The position numbers were made by a program, and so were the translations under genes. Shown piece by piece: positions 13,279 through 25,960 of a DNA stretch of 64,000 bases; position 1 is the first letter of the stretch, and each line of letters starts with the position of its first letter. The stretch spans positions 239,570,001 through 239,634,000 of the forward strand of contig NC_086097.1 of the NCBI RefSeq assembly GCF_963921235.1, written 5' to 3'. Source of the DNA: Mobula hypostoma. Lineage: Eukaryota. The notes under the pieces were generated by a model. That model had not been told where the DNA came from and did not search any database. It was given only the letters and a program-made list of their open reading frames with translations.

Positions 13279-13687
13279 CTTCAAACTGGAGTCCTGCTGT
13301 TCTGTTTTATAGTTAACAGAGGAATCTGCCTGCATTCAGGAATGTGATGATCACAAGACAATCTGATTATGGGATGTTAGTAAAGAGATAAATATTGGTC
13401 CAAATATGAGTTACAACTCCTTTGACCTGTATAATAATGTCATAGAATTTATTAAATCCATCCGTGGAAGCTGAATGGGGCCTTCTCATTCCCTGAGTAC
13501 TGAAGTGGAACACCACAATAGTTTTGTTTTCATGCTTGAATGGTTTGACTTAAAATCTAGTTTGGAGTTGAGAAGGTTACCCAATGAACCTTAACCGATA
13601 TACAGCTTCAGCAAGTAGACAGCAACACAACGCGCTGTTCAACATTCCGGTTATCAACAGTTTAAAAACAATATGACCATTGCATTA

Positions 13688-14270
13688 AGTTCAAAGTTCG
13701 AAGTGCATTTATTATCGAAGTATGAATAGATTACGCACTTTGAGATTCATCTGCTTACAGGCAGCCACAAAACAAGAAACCTGAAGGAACCCAACTTTAA
13801 AAAAAAGACCAACACCCAATGCGCAGAGAGAGAGAAAAAAAAACAAATCATGCAAACAATAAAGCAAGCATCAGCACTTAGAATGAAATTGAGTCCATTA
13901 AACGGAAACCCAGAGCAGCTGGAGCAGGCTCATATCCTCAGTTTCAGTTCATCACACGGCGGGGCAAATCGCCACAAAGCTCGCAGACATGGAGCAACCG
14001 GACCGCCATGAAGCAGCGTCAGCCTCTGCGCCACGGAGAGTGGAGCAAAATGTTGCAGAGCAGAACTGGCCCCGACCCTTGCCCCTTGTCCCGACATTCT
14101 GTCTTTTCAGTCCATCTGGCCCAGCGTTTAAAAATTCTAAGCACTGGGTCGTTCCCACCCCACCCCCGCATTCAGAGCTGGGCTTTGCCGCTGTGATACA
14201 CTCTGGGCCTCCTGGGCCTTTTGTTCCGGCCTGTGCTCGACACTTCCAAATCAGAAACGGGAAGCATGAC
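13688..14270 (-). mobile_element. Non-autonomous retroposon, paralogue of 11226-11620
   Basis: Shared tail and body sequence; CpG-rich 5' part. Confidence 0.6.
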
Positions 14271-15261
14271 TCTGAAAATTCTTGGTCCAAAGTGATGACT
14301 CTTTATTCCTCTCTGTAGACGCTGCCTGACCTGCTGAGTTCCTTCAGCTTTTGTATATGTTGCTCAGCGAGCTAAAGTTGTGTCTCAAATTCCTCACTAG
14401 CAAGGCTCCATTCAGATCAGCAGAAAAAGCCTGTTTAGTGTAAGAAAATCTCTTGGTATGGCTCTACATTATTTTATCCAAGTAAGCTTGCAGAAGAAAT
14501 TAAAAACTAGCTATGTATAAATAACCCTGCCTTTTGATGGAAAATGATCATTTCTTTATAAATTATTAATCACCATGATTTTCATCAAGGTCACATCCTT
14601 TAGGAGTGATAATTATCAAACCATCCGGCCTTTGGATTTTATTGAATAAATGACCTAGTTAATTATCAGATCTCAGAAAAAGAACGTGGAAATCAGTATT
14701 CTCTGGCACCAACTTCATTCACATCTCCGTGTAGATTTTAACTTGTTATATGGACCAGTGCATATGTCTGCAAGGTCAATTGTAGACATTCCTCCAGCAG
14801 GTACGGCTGAGCACATAAAAGATTCTCCTCCAAGGGATTTTAGATACCATTTTCTAAAGCTCAACAGTTTGCACTATGCCGCTGGGAATTCTTTCATCTT
14901 TCATTTGCTTTCCATCCTATAACTTCACAAGGAATATGATGGACAGTTGTCTCCAACGAAAGAATCTTTGCTGCTCAGTTCATGCATTTTTCAGTGATTG
15001 GCTAACTGTGTTCACACTCCTGGAGGAACTACTGAAATAAAGTACGAAATGTTGAGCCTCTCAAAAGGGTGCCTAAAATCTCCTGGAGTAAAATCTTCCT
15101 TGTTCTCACCAACACCCATTGGAATGATGTTTACAAATGGCCTTGCAGACAGGAGATGCCTTGGTGATCAACACACTTAGGAGGGAATTTTATTATAGCT
15201 AATGGTTGCCTCCGTGGAGATGTGTTCTCTAAATGGTAACCACACTATTAAAATAGAAATA

Positions 15262-15540
15262 GGGGTGGCATAGTAGTGTAGTGGTTAGCATAACGGTTTA
15301 CGGTACCAGTGACCCGGGTTCAATTCCTGCCGCTGCCTGTAAGGAGTTGGTATGTTCCCCCCATGACTGTGTGGGTTTCCTCTGGGTGCTCTGGTTTTCT
15401 CCCACAGTCCAAAGATGTCCCAGTTGGTAGGTTAATTGATCATTAGGCCAGGATTAAATTGGGGAATTGCTGGATGGTATGGCTTGAATGGCCGAAAGGT
15501 CCTAACCCGTGCTGTATCCCAATAAATACATAAATAAATA
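15262..15540 (+). mobile_element. Near full-length tRNA-derived V-SINE (HE1-like)
   Basis: A box tagtgtagtgg, B box ggttcaattcc, V-domain gggtttcctctgggtgctctggttttctcccacagtccaaagatg, and a (TAAA)n tail. Confidence 0.85.
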
Positions 15541-15544
15541 AACT

Positions 15545-16215
15545 ATAAGAGAAATAAACAGTCGACATTTCAGACTGAGACCCTTCATCAGGTCTGGAAA
15601 GGAAGGGGAAAGGAGTCAGAATAAGAAGGTGGGGGGGAGGGAAAGGAGTATAGGCTGCCAGGTAATATGTGAAACCAGGTGAGAGAGAAGGTAGGTGGAT
15701 GATATAAGAAGCTGGGAGGTGATAGGTGGAAAAGGTACATAGCTGAAGAAGGGGGAATCTGATAGGAGAAGACATGCGAGAAAAGGAAGGAGGAAGGGCC
15801 CCAGAAGGAAGTGATGGGCAGGTGAGGAGAAGAAAAGCGGTAAGAGGGGAGCCAGAACGAGGAATGGAAAAAGAGAGAAAGGGGAGGGTTGGAGAGAAAT
15901 TACTGGAAGTTAGAGAAATCAATGTTCATGCAATTAGGTTGGAGACTACCTAAACGGAATATGAGATATTGCTCCTCCAACCTGAGTGTGGCCTCATCGC
16001 GGTAGTGGAGGAGGCCATGGACAAAAAAAAAAATGTCAGAATGGGAATGGGAAGTTGATTTGAATTGAGTGGTCACTGAGAGGAAATCCTGCCTTTAGCA
16101 GCAGATGCAGCGAAGGTGTTCAATGAAGCAGCCTCCCAATCTACATTAGGTCTCACCGATGTAGAGGAGGCTGCACCAGAGGTATTGGATACAGCACATA
16201 ACTCGCACATGAGGT
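15545..16215 (-). mobile_element. Penelope-like element 3' part (end of GIY-YIG, pyrimidine-rich UTR, hammerhead motif)
   Basis: The reverse complement aligns by eye to 55480-55990 (...ctctacatcggtgagacc...ttcgctgcatc). Hammerhead-like motif at 15560-15595 (-). Confidence 0.8.
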
Positions 16216-16308
16216 GCCGCCCCTCAACTCTTTCGGCAATGCCCAGGAAGTCACTTTGTGCCTGTAATTAGGAGCTGATAACTGTGCCCATCACTTGGCC
16301 CCTGTAGT

Positions 16309-18047
16309 TAGACAATAGACAATAGGTGCAGGAGTAGGCTATTTGGCCCTTCGAGCCAGCACTGCCATTCACTGTGATCGTGGCTGATCATCCACAATCA
16401 GCACCCCGTTCCTGCCTTCTCCTCATATCCCTTCACTCCACTATCTTTAAGAGGTCTATCCAACTCTTTTTTGAAAGCATCCAGAGAATTGACCTCCACT
16501 GCCTTCTGAGGCAGACCATTCCACAGATCCACAACTCTCTGGGTGAAAAAGTTTTTACTCGACTCCATTCTAAATGGCCTTATTCTTGAACTGTGGCCTC
16601 TGGTTCTGGACTCCCCCAACATCGGGAACATGCTTCCTGCCTCCAGCATGTCCAATCCCTTATTAATCTTATATGTTTCAATCAGATCTCCTCTCATCCT
16701 TCTAAATTCCAGTGTATACAAGCCCAGTCGCTCCAATCTTTCAACATATGACGGTCCTGCCATCTCGGGAATTAACCTTGTGAACCTACGCTGCACTCCC
16801 TCAATAGCAAGAATGTCCTTCCTCAAAACTGAAGACCAAAACTGCACACAATACTCCAGGTGTGGTCTCACCAGGGCCCTGTACAACTGCAAAAGGACCT
16901 CTTTGCTCCTACACTCAACTCCCCTTGTTATGAAGGCCAACACGCCATTAGCTTTCTTCACTGCCTGCTGTAACTGCATGCTTACTTACAGTGACTAATG
17001 AACAAGGACACCTAGATCTTGTTGTACTACCCTTTTTCCTAACTTGACACTATCCAGATAGTAATCTGCCTTCCTGTTCTTGCCACCAAAGTGGATAACC
17101 TCAAAGTTATCCACATTAAACTGCATCTGCCCACTCACCCAACCTGTCCAAGTCACCCTGCGTTCTCATAATATCCTCCTCACATTTCACACTGTTACCC
17201 AGCTTTGTGACATCTGCAAATTTGCTAATGTTACTTTTAATCCCTTCATCTAAATCATTAATGTATATTGTAAATAGCTCCGGACCCAGCACCGAGCCTT
17301 GTGGTACCCCACTAGTCACTGCCTGCAATTCTGAAAAGGACCCGTTAATCCCTACTGGTCGTTTCCAGTCTGCCAACCAGTCTTCTATCCATGTCAGTAC
17401 CCTACCCCCTATACCATGTGCTCCATTGTGGGTCCTTATCAAAGGCTTTCTGAAAGTCCAAATAGACTACATCCACTGGCTCTGCCTTGTCCATTTTCAT
17501 AGTTACATCCTCAAAAATTTCCAGAAGATTAGTCAAGCATGATTTCCCCTTCGTAAATCCATGCTGACTTGGACCTATCCTGCCACTGTTATCCAAATGT
17601 GTCGTAATTTCATCTTTTGTAATTGACTCCAGCATCTTCCCCACCATTGATGTCAGGCTAACTGGTCTACAATTTCCTGTTTTCTCTCCCCCTCCTTTCT
17701 TAAAAAGTGGAATAACATTAGCTACCCTCCAATCCACAGGAACTGATCCTGAATCTATAGAACACTGGAAAATGATTACCAATGCGTCCACGATTTCTAG
17801 AGCCACCTCCTTAAGTACCCTGGGATGCAGACCATCAGGCCCTGGGGATTTATCAGCCTTCAGTCCCATCAGTTTACCCAAAATCATTTTCTTCCTAATG
17901 CGAATTTCCTTCAGTTCCTCCATTACCCTAGGTCCTCTGGCCACTATTACATCTGGGGATTGCTTATGTCTTCCCTAGTGAAGACAGATCCCAAATACCT
18001 GTTCAACTCATCTGCCATTTCTTTGTTCTCCATAATAAATCCTTCAC
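16309..18047 (-). mobile_element. CR1 LINE, 5'-truncated ORF2 with frameshifts, inserted into the minisatellite
   Basis: ORFs 17402-17944, 17116-17442 and 16398-16979 give [43 protein letters not shown] and RPHLEYCVQFW. Tail is (CTATTGT)n. Confidence 0.93.
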
Positions 18048-19420
18048 AGGAGCTGATAACTGTGTCCGTCACTTGGTCACCTGTAACTAGGAGCTGATAG
18101 CTGTGTCCGTCACTTGGTCACCTGTAACTAGGAGCTGATAGCTGTGTCCGTCACTTGGCCACCTGTAACTAGGAGCTGATAGCTGTGTCCGTCACTTGGC
18201 CACCTGTAACTAGGAGCTGATAGCTGTGTCCGTCACTTGGCCACCTGTAACTAGGAGCTGATAACTGTGTCCGTCACTTGGTCACCTGTAACTAGGAGCT
18301 GATAGCTGTGTCCGTCACTTGGCCACCTGTAACTAGGAGCTGATAGCTGTGTCCGTCACTTGGCCACCTGTAACTAGGAGCTGATAACTGTGTCCGTCAC
18401 TTGGCCACCTGTAACTAGGAGCTGATAGCTGTGTCCGTCACTTGGCCACCTGTAACTAGGAGCTGATAGCTGTGTCCGTCACTTGGCCACCTGTAACTAG
18501 GAGCTGATAGCTGTGTCCGTCACTTGGCCACCTGTAACTAGGAGCTGATAACTGTGTCCGTCACTTGGTCACCTGTAACTAGGAGCTGATAGCTGTGTCC
18601 GTCACTTGGCCACCTGTAACTAGGAGCTGATAGCTGTGTCCGTCACTTGGCCACCTGTAACTAGGAGCTGATAACTGTGTCCGTCACTTGGCCACCTGTA
18701 ACTAGGAGCTGATAGCTGTGTCCGTCACTTGGCCACCTGTAACTAGGAGCTGATAGCTGTGTCCGTCACTTGGCCACCTGTAACTAGGAGCTGATAACTG
18801 TGTCCGTCACTTGGTCACCTGTAACTAGGAGCTGATAACTGTGTCCGTCACTTGGCCACCTGTAACTAGGAGCTGATAGCTGTGTCCGTCACTTGGCCAC
18901 CTGTAACTAGGAGCTGATAACTGTGTCCGTCACTTGGCCACCTGTAACTAGGAGCTGATAGCTGTGTCCGTCACTTGGTCACCTGTAACTAGGAGCTGAT
19001 AACTGTGTCCATCACTTGGCGCCTGTAATTAGGAGCTGATAACTGTGTCCGTCACTTGGCTGCCTGTAACTAGGAGCTGATAGCTGTGTCCGTCACTTGG
19101 CCACCTGTAACTAGGAGCTGATAACTGTGTCCGTCACTTGGTCACCTGTAACTAGGAGCTGATAACTGTGTCCGTCACTTGGCCACCTGTAACTAGGAGC
19201 TGATAGCTGTGTCCGTCACTTGGCCACCTGTAACTAGGAGCTGATAACTGTGTCCGTCACTTGGTCACCTGTAACTAGGAGCTGATAACTGTGTCCATCA
19301 CTTGGCGCCTGTAATTAGGAGCTGATAACTGTGTCCGTCACTTGGCTGCCTGTAACTAGGAGCTGAGCTGATAACTGTGTCCATCACTTGGCGCCTGTAA
19401 TTAGGAACTAATAACTGTGC
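18048..19420. repeat. 41-bp minisatellite, about 33 units (AGGAGCTGATA[G/A]CTGTGTCCGTCACTTGG[C/T]CACCTGTAACT)
   Basis: Period of 41 read directly (for example tgtgtccgt at 18061 and 18102). Outlying units at about 16250-16308 and 19702-19757. Confidence 0.97.
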
Positions 19421-19701
19421 TGGCACGTGGCCAAGTGGTTAAGACGTTCGTCTAGTGATCTGAAGGTCGCTAGTTCGAGCCTTGACTGAGGCAGTGTGTT
19501 GTGTCCTTGAACAAGCTACTTAACCACACATTGCTGTGCGGCAACACTGGTGCCAAGCTGTATGGGTCCTAATGGGGAGACTTGCAGCATGGGCAACTGG
19601 CAGTCTTCCATTCAACTTTGCCCAGGCCTGTGCCCTGGAAACCTTCCAACGCGCAAATCCATGGTCTCATGAGACTAACGGATGCCTATACTGTATAAAA
19701 A
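19420..19701 (+). mobile_element. tRNA-derived CORE-like SINE inserted in the minisatellite
   Basis: A box tggccaagtgg, B box gttcgagcc, CORE-like gtgtccttgaacaagctacttaacc, A-rich end. TSD AACTGTG at 19413-19419 and 19702-19708. Confidence 0.8.
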
Positions 19702-20328
19702 AACTGTGTCCATCACTTTACACCTGTAATTAGGAGCTGATAACTGTGTCCATCACTATACCTTCCATATCACTCTCTGAACTAGTTTGGCTGAAAGAAA
19801 ACGTAGAACACACCATGAATTCTCATTCCCAAAACTTGGCTTGTGGATGAAACCAAAAAGCTGTGGGAAACTGTCAGGTGTAGAAAAATTCCACGGTGCA
19901 AAATGGCATTCCTTGGAGCATTAAAAATCACACAAATTGTGAGTTTACTTGTATACATATCTGTGGGCATATTCTCAACATTACACAAAACATATGCATT
20001 GCAGAACTTGAGAAATAATTTCCATCATTTGATCTGTTGAAAAGCCTGGCACTGATGATTTCACCGTGCAGTAACCTGGCTTGTTTGCCAGCACTTGTCT
20101 TCATGGGCCTGTTCACAGCCCCATTGTGGACCGCTTTTGGAATTGTGCCATTTGATTTTCCAAATGGGCCTCTGCATCCCTCACTGAGGTTCCCTTTGCT
20201 GGACTTCACAACTCCCACTTCCACCCTGAGGTGTCTTGCCGGTCCGGATTGACTATGGATGTTGCACCCTAGCTGTCCAGCTATACAAGCCAGGGCGGTA
20301 CGATATGGAGAGCAAGCTACTGAGCCTG

Positions 20329-20725
20329 CACCCAGTCGCCACTTTGTCAGGCATACCTGTACACCTGTGTTTTAATGCAAATATCCAGTCAGCAAATCGT
20401 GAGGCAGCAACTCAATGCATAAAAGCATGGAGACATGGTCAAGAGGTTCAGTTGTTTAGACCAAACATCAGCATAGGGAAGAAATGCGATCCAGGTGGTA
20501 CTGACCATGGAATAATTATTGGTGCCAGACAGGGTGATTTCAGTATCTCAAAAACTAATTTTCATGCATAACCGTCTCAGTTTACAGAGGAAGGTGTGAA
20601 AAACAACAGTCAAAAATCCAGTGAATGGCAGTTTTGTCAGCAAAAATGCCTTGTTAATAAGAAAAGACTTTCACTTAGTGGCCACTATTAGCTACAAGAG
20701 GTATCTATCAAAGTGGCCACTAAAT
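20329..20725 (+). mobile_element. Tc1-like DNA transposon remnant plus a short inverted-repeat derivative
   Basis: TIR-like cacccagtcgccactttgtcaggcatacctgtacacc. Decayed transposase N-terminus GKKCD...GIIIGARQG..SISKT. agtggccact...agtggccact mini-element at about 20672-20725. Confidence 0.65.
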
Positions 20726-20899
20726 TTATGCCACTGTTGTTGCTTGTGCATTCCCTCAAGGGGCCACTCTGTGTTTCCTTGTCTCAGGTGTTCTTTGGAA
20801 GTCTGTGGGCTTCATTAAGACCAGAAACATAGCAGCAGAATTAAGCCTTTTGTTGCCTTGAGTCTGCTTTGTTATTTATTTTCCCTCTCAAGCCCATTG

Positions 20900-22380
20900 A
20901 GAATCAGAATCAGAATTAGAATCAGCTTTAGTATCACTGGCCAATGTTGTGAAATTTGTTAACTCAGCTGCAGCCTGCCTGAATCTGAGGTCTCCATCGG
21001 TCAGAGTACTATGGATCCTAGCTGTCGAGATACTCCAGCCTGGGCAGTATGAGATGGAGGGCAAGCTGTTGCCCGTGCAGCAAGCTCCCACTCGCCATGC
21101 ATCTGATGAACCCAAAGGAACAGCAGAGACTGATACAGTTCGGTACCAGCAGTGTCACAGCTGTTGCCGGTTAACATTGAACTCAACGTAGGACTGCCTT
21201 AGGGACTCCAGCTCCAGATTTTTCCCTCAGGGTTTACTCCAGAAGCCTTCCCCATGAATGGGTAGAGCTGCAAGAAACCAGAGATCTGAGATCAGAGTTT
21301 TCCTTCTCTTAAATGAGCTGCCTGCTACAGATTACGATCCCCATCTGCCAAAAGCAACAGGTTTTAAGGTGCCAGTAACCCGGCAGCAGTACAATGCAAT
21401 GCATAATAATAAAGAAAAAATAAATATATATTCATATATATGTATATTAAATAGTTAAATTAAAAATAATACAAAAACAGAAATAATATTAAAATATGAA
21501 GTAGTGGTCATGGGTTCAATGTCTATTTAGGAATCAGATGAAAGAGGGAAAATAACTGTTCCTGAATTACAGAGTGTGTGCCTTTAGGCTTCTGTACCTC
21601 CTTCCTGACAGTAGCAATGAGAAGAGAGCATTTCCTGGGTGATGGGAGTGCCTAGCAATGGACGCCGCCTTTCTGAGGCACCACTCCTTGAAGAAGCCTC
21701 AGAAACTACGGAGACTAGTACCCAAGATGGAGCTGACTAATTGTGGAACTTTCTGTAGTTTCTTTCAGTCCTGTGCTGTAGCCTGCCCCCCTTGCCCTAA
21801 TACCAGACAGTGATGCTGCCTGTCAGAACGCTCTGTCCGGTACATCTATAGAAGCTTCTGAACATTTTAGGTGACAAGCCGAATCTCCTCAAACTCCTAT
21901 AAAATTACAGCCACTGCCTTGTCTTCTTTATAGCCGTATCGATATGTTCTGCACAGATTAGATCTTCAGAGATCTTGACACCCAGGAATCTCAAATTGTT
22001 CACTCTCTCCCCCTGATCCCTTATGAAATTTGATTCATGTTCCCTCATCCTACCCTTTCTAAAGTTCACAATCAGCTCTTTGGTCTTACTAACATTGAGT
22101 GCAAGGTTGCTGCTGTGACACCACTCAACTAGTTGGTTTAGCTCGCTCTTGTACTCCCTCTTGTCTCCATCTGAGGTTCTGCCGACAATAAATCAGCAAA
22201 TTTATAGATGGCACTTGAGCTGTGCCATAGCCATACTGTCACAGGTATAGAAAAGATAGAGCAGTGTGCTAAGCACACATCCCTGATGTGCACCAATGTG
22301 GATTGCCAGTGAGGAAGAAATATTATCACCAATCCACACAGATTGTGGTCTTCCAGTTAGGAGGTCAGAGATCCAATTGC
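20900..22380 (-). mobile_element. Rex1/Babar LINE (decayed RT and 3' UTR), split by an insertion at about 20972-21382
   Basis: (GAATCA)n tail at about 20900-20925. Minus-strand translation gives [25 protein letters not shown]...GAHQGCVLS. Confidence 0.8.
20972..21382 (-). mobile_element. Second copy of the 5085-5660 non-autonomous retroposon
   Basis: ttgaactcaacgtaggactgccttagggactccagctc is the reverse complement of about 5427-5464. Confidence 0.6.
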
Positions 22381-22456
22381 AACCCATCCTCCTGCTTTCT
22401 CCCCATAATCTTTGACACCCCTTCTAATCAAGAACTTATCAACCTCTGCTTTAAAT

Positions 22457-23047
22457 GTTGTTGTTGTTCGTCCATCGTTAACGTCGGTGAGGACCTCGAC
22501 ACCATTATGATGGTGTCGAGACTAGCGCGTGATTTGGATTTAAGTGAGGGAGAGTTGCGCAGCGTCAGCCTCACTCTCTCTTCCTAATTCCCATCTGGAT
22601 CCAGTGGCAAGACAGAGTCTAGATGGCTGGAGATGGGACTAGGCGCAGTGGATGACCAGGACGTCTTCTGTGTCTTGTCCTGCTCTATACGTTCCACGAC
22701 ACTTGCAGAGGCCGCCTTCTTGACCTTTGGAACTTCCATTGGTCTCGTCCGCTCAATCCGCCGGAGTCTGTCTTCACATGCTGGGATAGACAACTCCCTA
22801 TCTCACCGAGGGTTTGAGACCCGGCGCCTACCCTCACCTGGTTTAGCCGGCTTGTCGAAGCCGTTGCCTGGGGTGTGGCCGCTGTCGCATGCAAACAGCT
22901 ACGGGGAGCCACAGGTGAGAGCTGAGTGCCAGGTGGGGACCAAAGGTGGACTAACCGCCCTGAAAAGGACGTGACATGTTCCCCCACCAGAGGTGCTACC
23001 CCTCCCTGACACCGCATACACCCCATATGCTTTCCATACACCCCATA
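22457..23047 (-). mobile_element. Young RTE-type non-autonomous retroposon with (CAA)n tail and 10-bp TSD, inserted in a CR1 fragment
   Basis: TSD TGCTTTAAAT at 22447-22456 and 23048-23057. Minus strand has gggtagcacctctggtg near the 5' end and ctccctcacttaaatccaa...gaacaacaacaac at the 3' end. CpG-rich. Confidence 0.8.
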
Positions 23048-24017
23048 TGCTTTAAATATACCCAATGAGTTGGCATCCACAGCCGTCTACGGCAATGGAT
23101 TCCGCAGTTTCACCCTCCTCTGGCTAAAGAAATTCAGATTCATTTACAGTACTGGCTTGCGGCACCTCTACTTTATGGAGGCTTGAATTTCTAAATCAAT
23201 GCTCAGAACATGCAAGATGGGAGCGCCAAAAAGGAGCAAGGGTGGGAAATACTGTTTGCGCGAATTGGCAAGGTAAATTCCTCTGATAGCCCATATGTTA
23301 AAGTTGTACATATGACAAAAAGGAAGCAAATGTGCAAATGATTGTGGGAATTTGATCTTGCAACAGTTGAAGCAGAATTAAACACAATAGCCCTTTCATA
23401 ACTTTGGCAGGGGATTGACACAAATCGTTGTCAGGAACAATTTGCTCTGCTTCTCTAATGACTTACAGGCATTATTATTCACATTGTGAGCATTGTCCAA
23501 CCGAAGAGCAGTGATAGACACGAAACTTGAGAAAGCATTGACAGGCTTTCAAAGAAAGAGCAGCAGCAATTTCTTCGACTTTGCCAAAAGCCCAATAATT
23601 AGTATTCTTCCTCTTTTGTGAAGTATAGAACTTCGCTAAGGCATGACATGGCACAAGACACAGGAGCACAGACATCAGAGAATGCAAATCTCAAGATCTG
23701 GGTGAAAACACTCCATGAGTCACAATGTACAAGCAGTCCAATAATGCAGGCTCTACAACACCTGAAGTCAGTTTGACAGAGGCAGAGAACAATCAGCAAC
23801 AAAATCCGTACCATTGTTAATCTTTCAGTTTCTCATGAAACCAGGCCAAGTTTCCTACTGCAAGACATTCAGATGACTCCTCACCTGTTTCAAGTGATTA
23901 ACATCTGCTTTAAAGCTGACAGCCAAAAATAAACCTTGGGCTGCAATTCCTTTCTCTATCTTATCTTCCGTGTAATTTTGCTTTGGATAATTTTGTGGGA
24001 AGCTGCAGAAAGCATCG

Positions 24018-24470
24018 GAATCAGAATCAAGTTTAATATCACCGGCATATGTCGTGACTATTGTCAACTCCGCAGGAGCAGTACAATGCAATACATGATA
24101 ATAGAGAGAAAAGAAACTGTGAATTACAGTATATATATATTTTTTAATTTAAATTTAAATAGTACAAAAATAGGAAATAAAAAGTAATGAGGTAGAGATC
24201 ATGGGTTCAAAGTCCATTCAGAAATCAGATGGCCGAGGGGAAAACCTGTTCCTGAACTGTTGAGTGTGTGCCTTCAAGCTCCTGTACCTCCTCCCTGATG
24301 GTAGCAATGAGAAGAGGGTACATGGTGGGGGTCCTTAATGATGGATGCCACCCTTTTGAGGCACCACATCTTGAATGTCCTGGATACTACAGAGGCTAGT
24401 ACCCATGAAAGCGTTGACTAATTTTACAACTCTCTGCAGATGACTTCGATCCTGTGCAGTAGACCCCCAC
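24018..24470 (-). mobile_element. Rex1/Babar 3' fragment
   Basis: gaatcagaatcaag tail; minus-strand AQDRSHLQRVVKLV. Confidence 0.7.
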
Positions 24471-24719
24471 CCCAATAGCAATAATTTTAAAATGCCAGAA
24501 AATTTGAAGAGAGAATGAAGAGAGTACGGGAAGGATAAATTGCAAGTCCAGTCCATGCCATGGGATATCCGATCACTAGTAGCTATGTGTTAAATTTGAA
24601 GATAATATAAACACAAGATATTGCAGATGCTGGAATGCTGAGTAAGTAACAATTTGCTGGAATTTAGAATAATGAGTTGTGATCTGATTAAAACTTGTCG
24701 AATATTGAAAAGCCTGCAT

Positions 24720-24799
24720 CGGGGGTTCCCAACCTGAAGTCCATGGACATTTTGGTTAATGGTAGGGGTCCATGGCATAGAAAAGGTTGGGAACCACTG
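24720..24799. mobile_element. 80-bp hAT-type MITE
   Basis: TIRs CGGGGGTTCCCAACCT and AGGTTGGGAACCACTG. 8-bp TSD GCCTGCAT / GCCTAGAT (6 of 8 match). Inserted in a CR1 fragment. Confidence 0.8.
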
Positions 24800-25724
24800 G
24801 CCTAGATAGAGTGGACATGGAGAGGATGTTTTCTACAGTGGGGGAGTCTAGGAGCAAAGGGCACAGCTCGGAATAAAAAGTGTTGCCGGAAAATTTAAAT
24901 ATGGCATTGGAGCTGTGCCTCACAGTCACAGTACATAGCCTTATGATGCACCTGTGCTGATGGAGATCGTGGAGGAGATGTTATTGCCAATCCAAACTGA
25001 CCGGGGTGTACAAGTGAAGAAATTGAGGATCCATTTGCACAAGGAGATACTGAGCCCAAGGTCTTAGTCAATGAGAGTAAATGTAGTCTATTAGAGAAGG
25101 TTAAAAATTCAGCACAGCATTGTATGCTGTACAGTTCTATGTTCTATGTGCTTAATGATTTTGATTATTATGCTAGTATGAAAACATTATCTTTACTTTG
25201 AAGAAGGGTCTCGGCCCAAATTGTTGACTGTTTACTCTTTTCAATAGATGCTGCCTAACCTGCTGAGTTCCTCCAGATTTTGTGGACATTGCTTTGAATT
25301 TCCAGCATCTGTAGACTTTCTCGTTTTTATTTTTAATTGTCTGATAAAGTATTTAGATAAGGCAATCTTAGCCAACAAATAAAATTTCTTAACCTATTAA
25401 TTATTTCAAACATCCCCACATGATTTCATAATAGATTATTCCTTTACAGGCTCTTGAACCAGAGGGGATAACTTCACTCAACTTCACTTGCCCTGTCACT
25501 GAACTGTTCATACAACCTATGGACTCACTTTCAAGGACTCTTCATCTCATTTTCTCAATATTTATTTATTATTATTGTTTCTTTTTTTTAGTATGCACAG
25601 TTTGTTGTGTTTGGCACAGTGGTTGTCTGCCCTGTTGGATGTGATCTTTCATTGATTCTATTATGGTCATTGGATTTACTGAGTATGCCTGCAAGAAAAC
25701 AAATCTCGGGCTTAAAAAAGGTTT

Positions 25725-25960
25725 GTTTATTTATTTATTTACTGAGGTAAAATGCAGAATAGGCTCTAATGGCCCTTTGAGCTACACCACCCAGCAACCC
25801 CCTAATTTTAACTCTAGCCTAATCATGGGACAATTTACAATGGCCAGTTAACCTGCTAACTGGTACGTCTTTTGACTGTGGGAGGAAACCGGAGCACCAG
25901 AGGAAACCCATATGGTCACGGGCAGAATGTACAGACTCCTTACAGCCACCAGCGGGACAT
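25725..25960 (-). mobile_element. V-SINE (HE1-like), reverse orientation
   Basis: gtcttttgactgtgggaggaaaccggagcaccagaggaaacccatatggtcacggg. Confidence 0.7.

Noticed and set aside
18048..19420. CRISPR-like regular array
   Set aside because: Units are head-to-tail with no unique spacers, there are no cas genes, and the context is vertebrate. It is a minisatellite.
19421..19490. tRNA gene
   Set aside because: A/B boxes run into a CORE-like body and tail flanked by a TSD, so this is a SINE head. The same applies to 15262 and 45331.
23150..23271. Possible host exon (tttacag|...caag|gtaaat, one open frame LACGTSTLWRLEFLNQCSEHARWERQKG...)
   Set aside because: No recognisable protein similarity, weak polypyrimidine tract, and no partner exons found.
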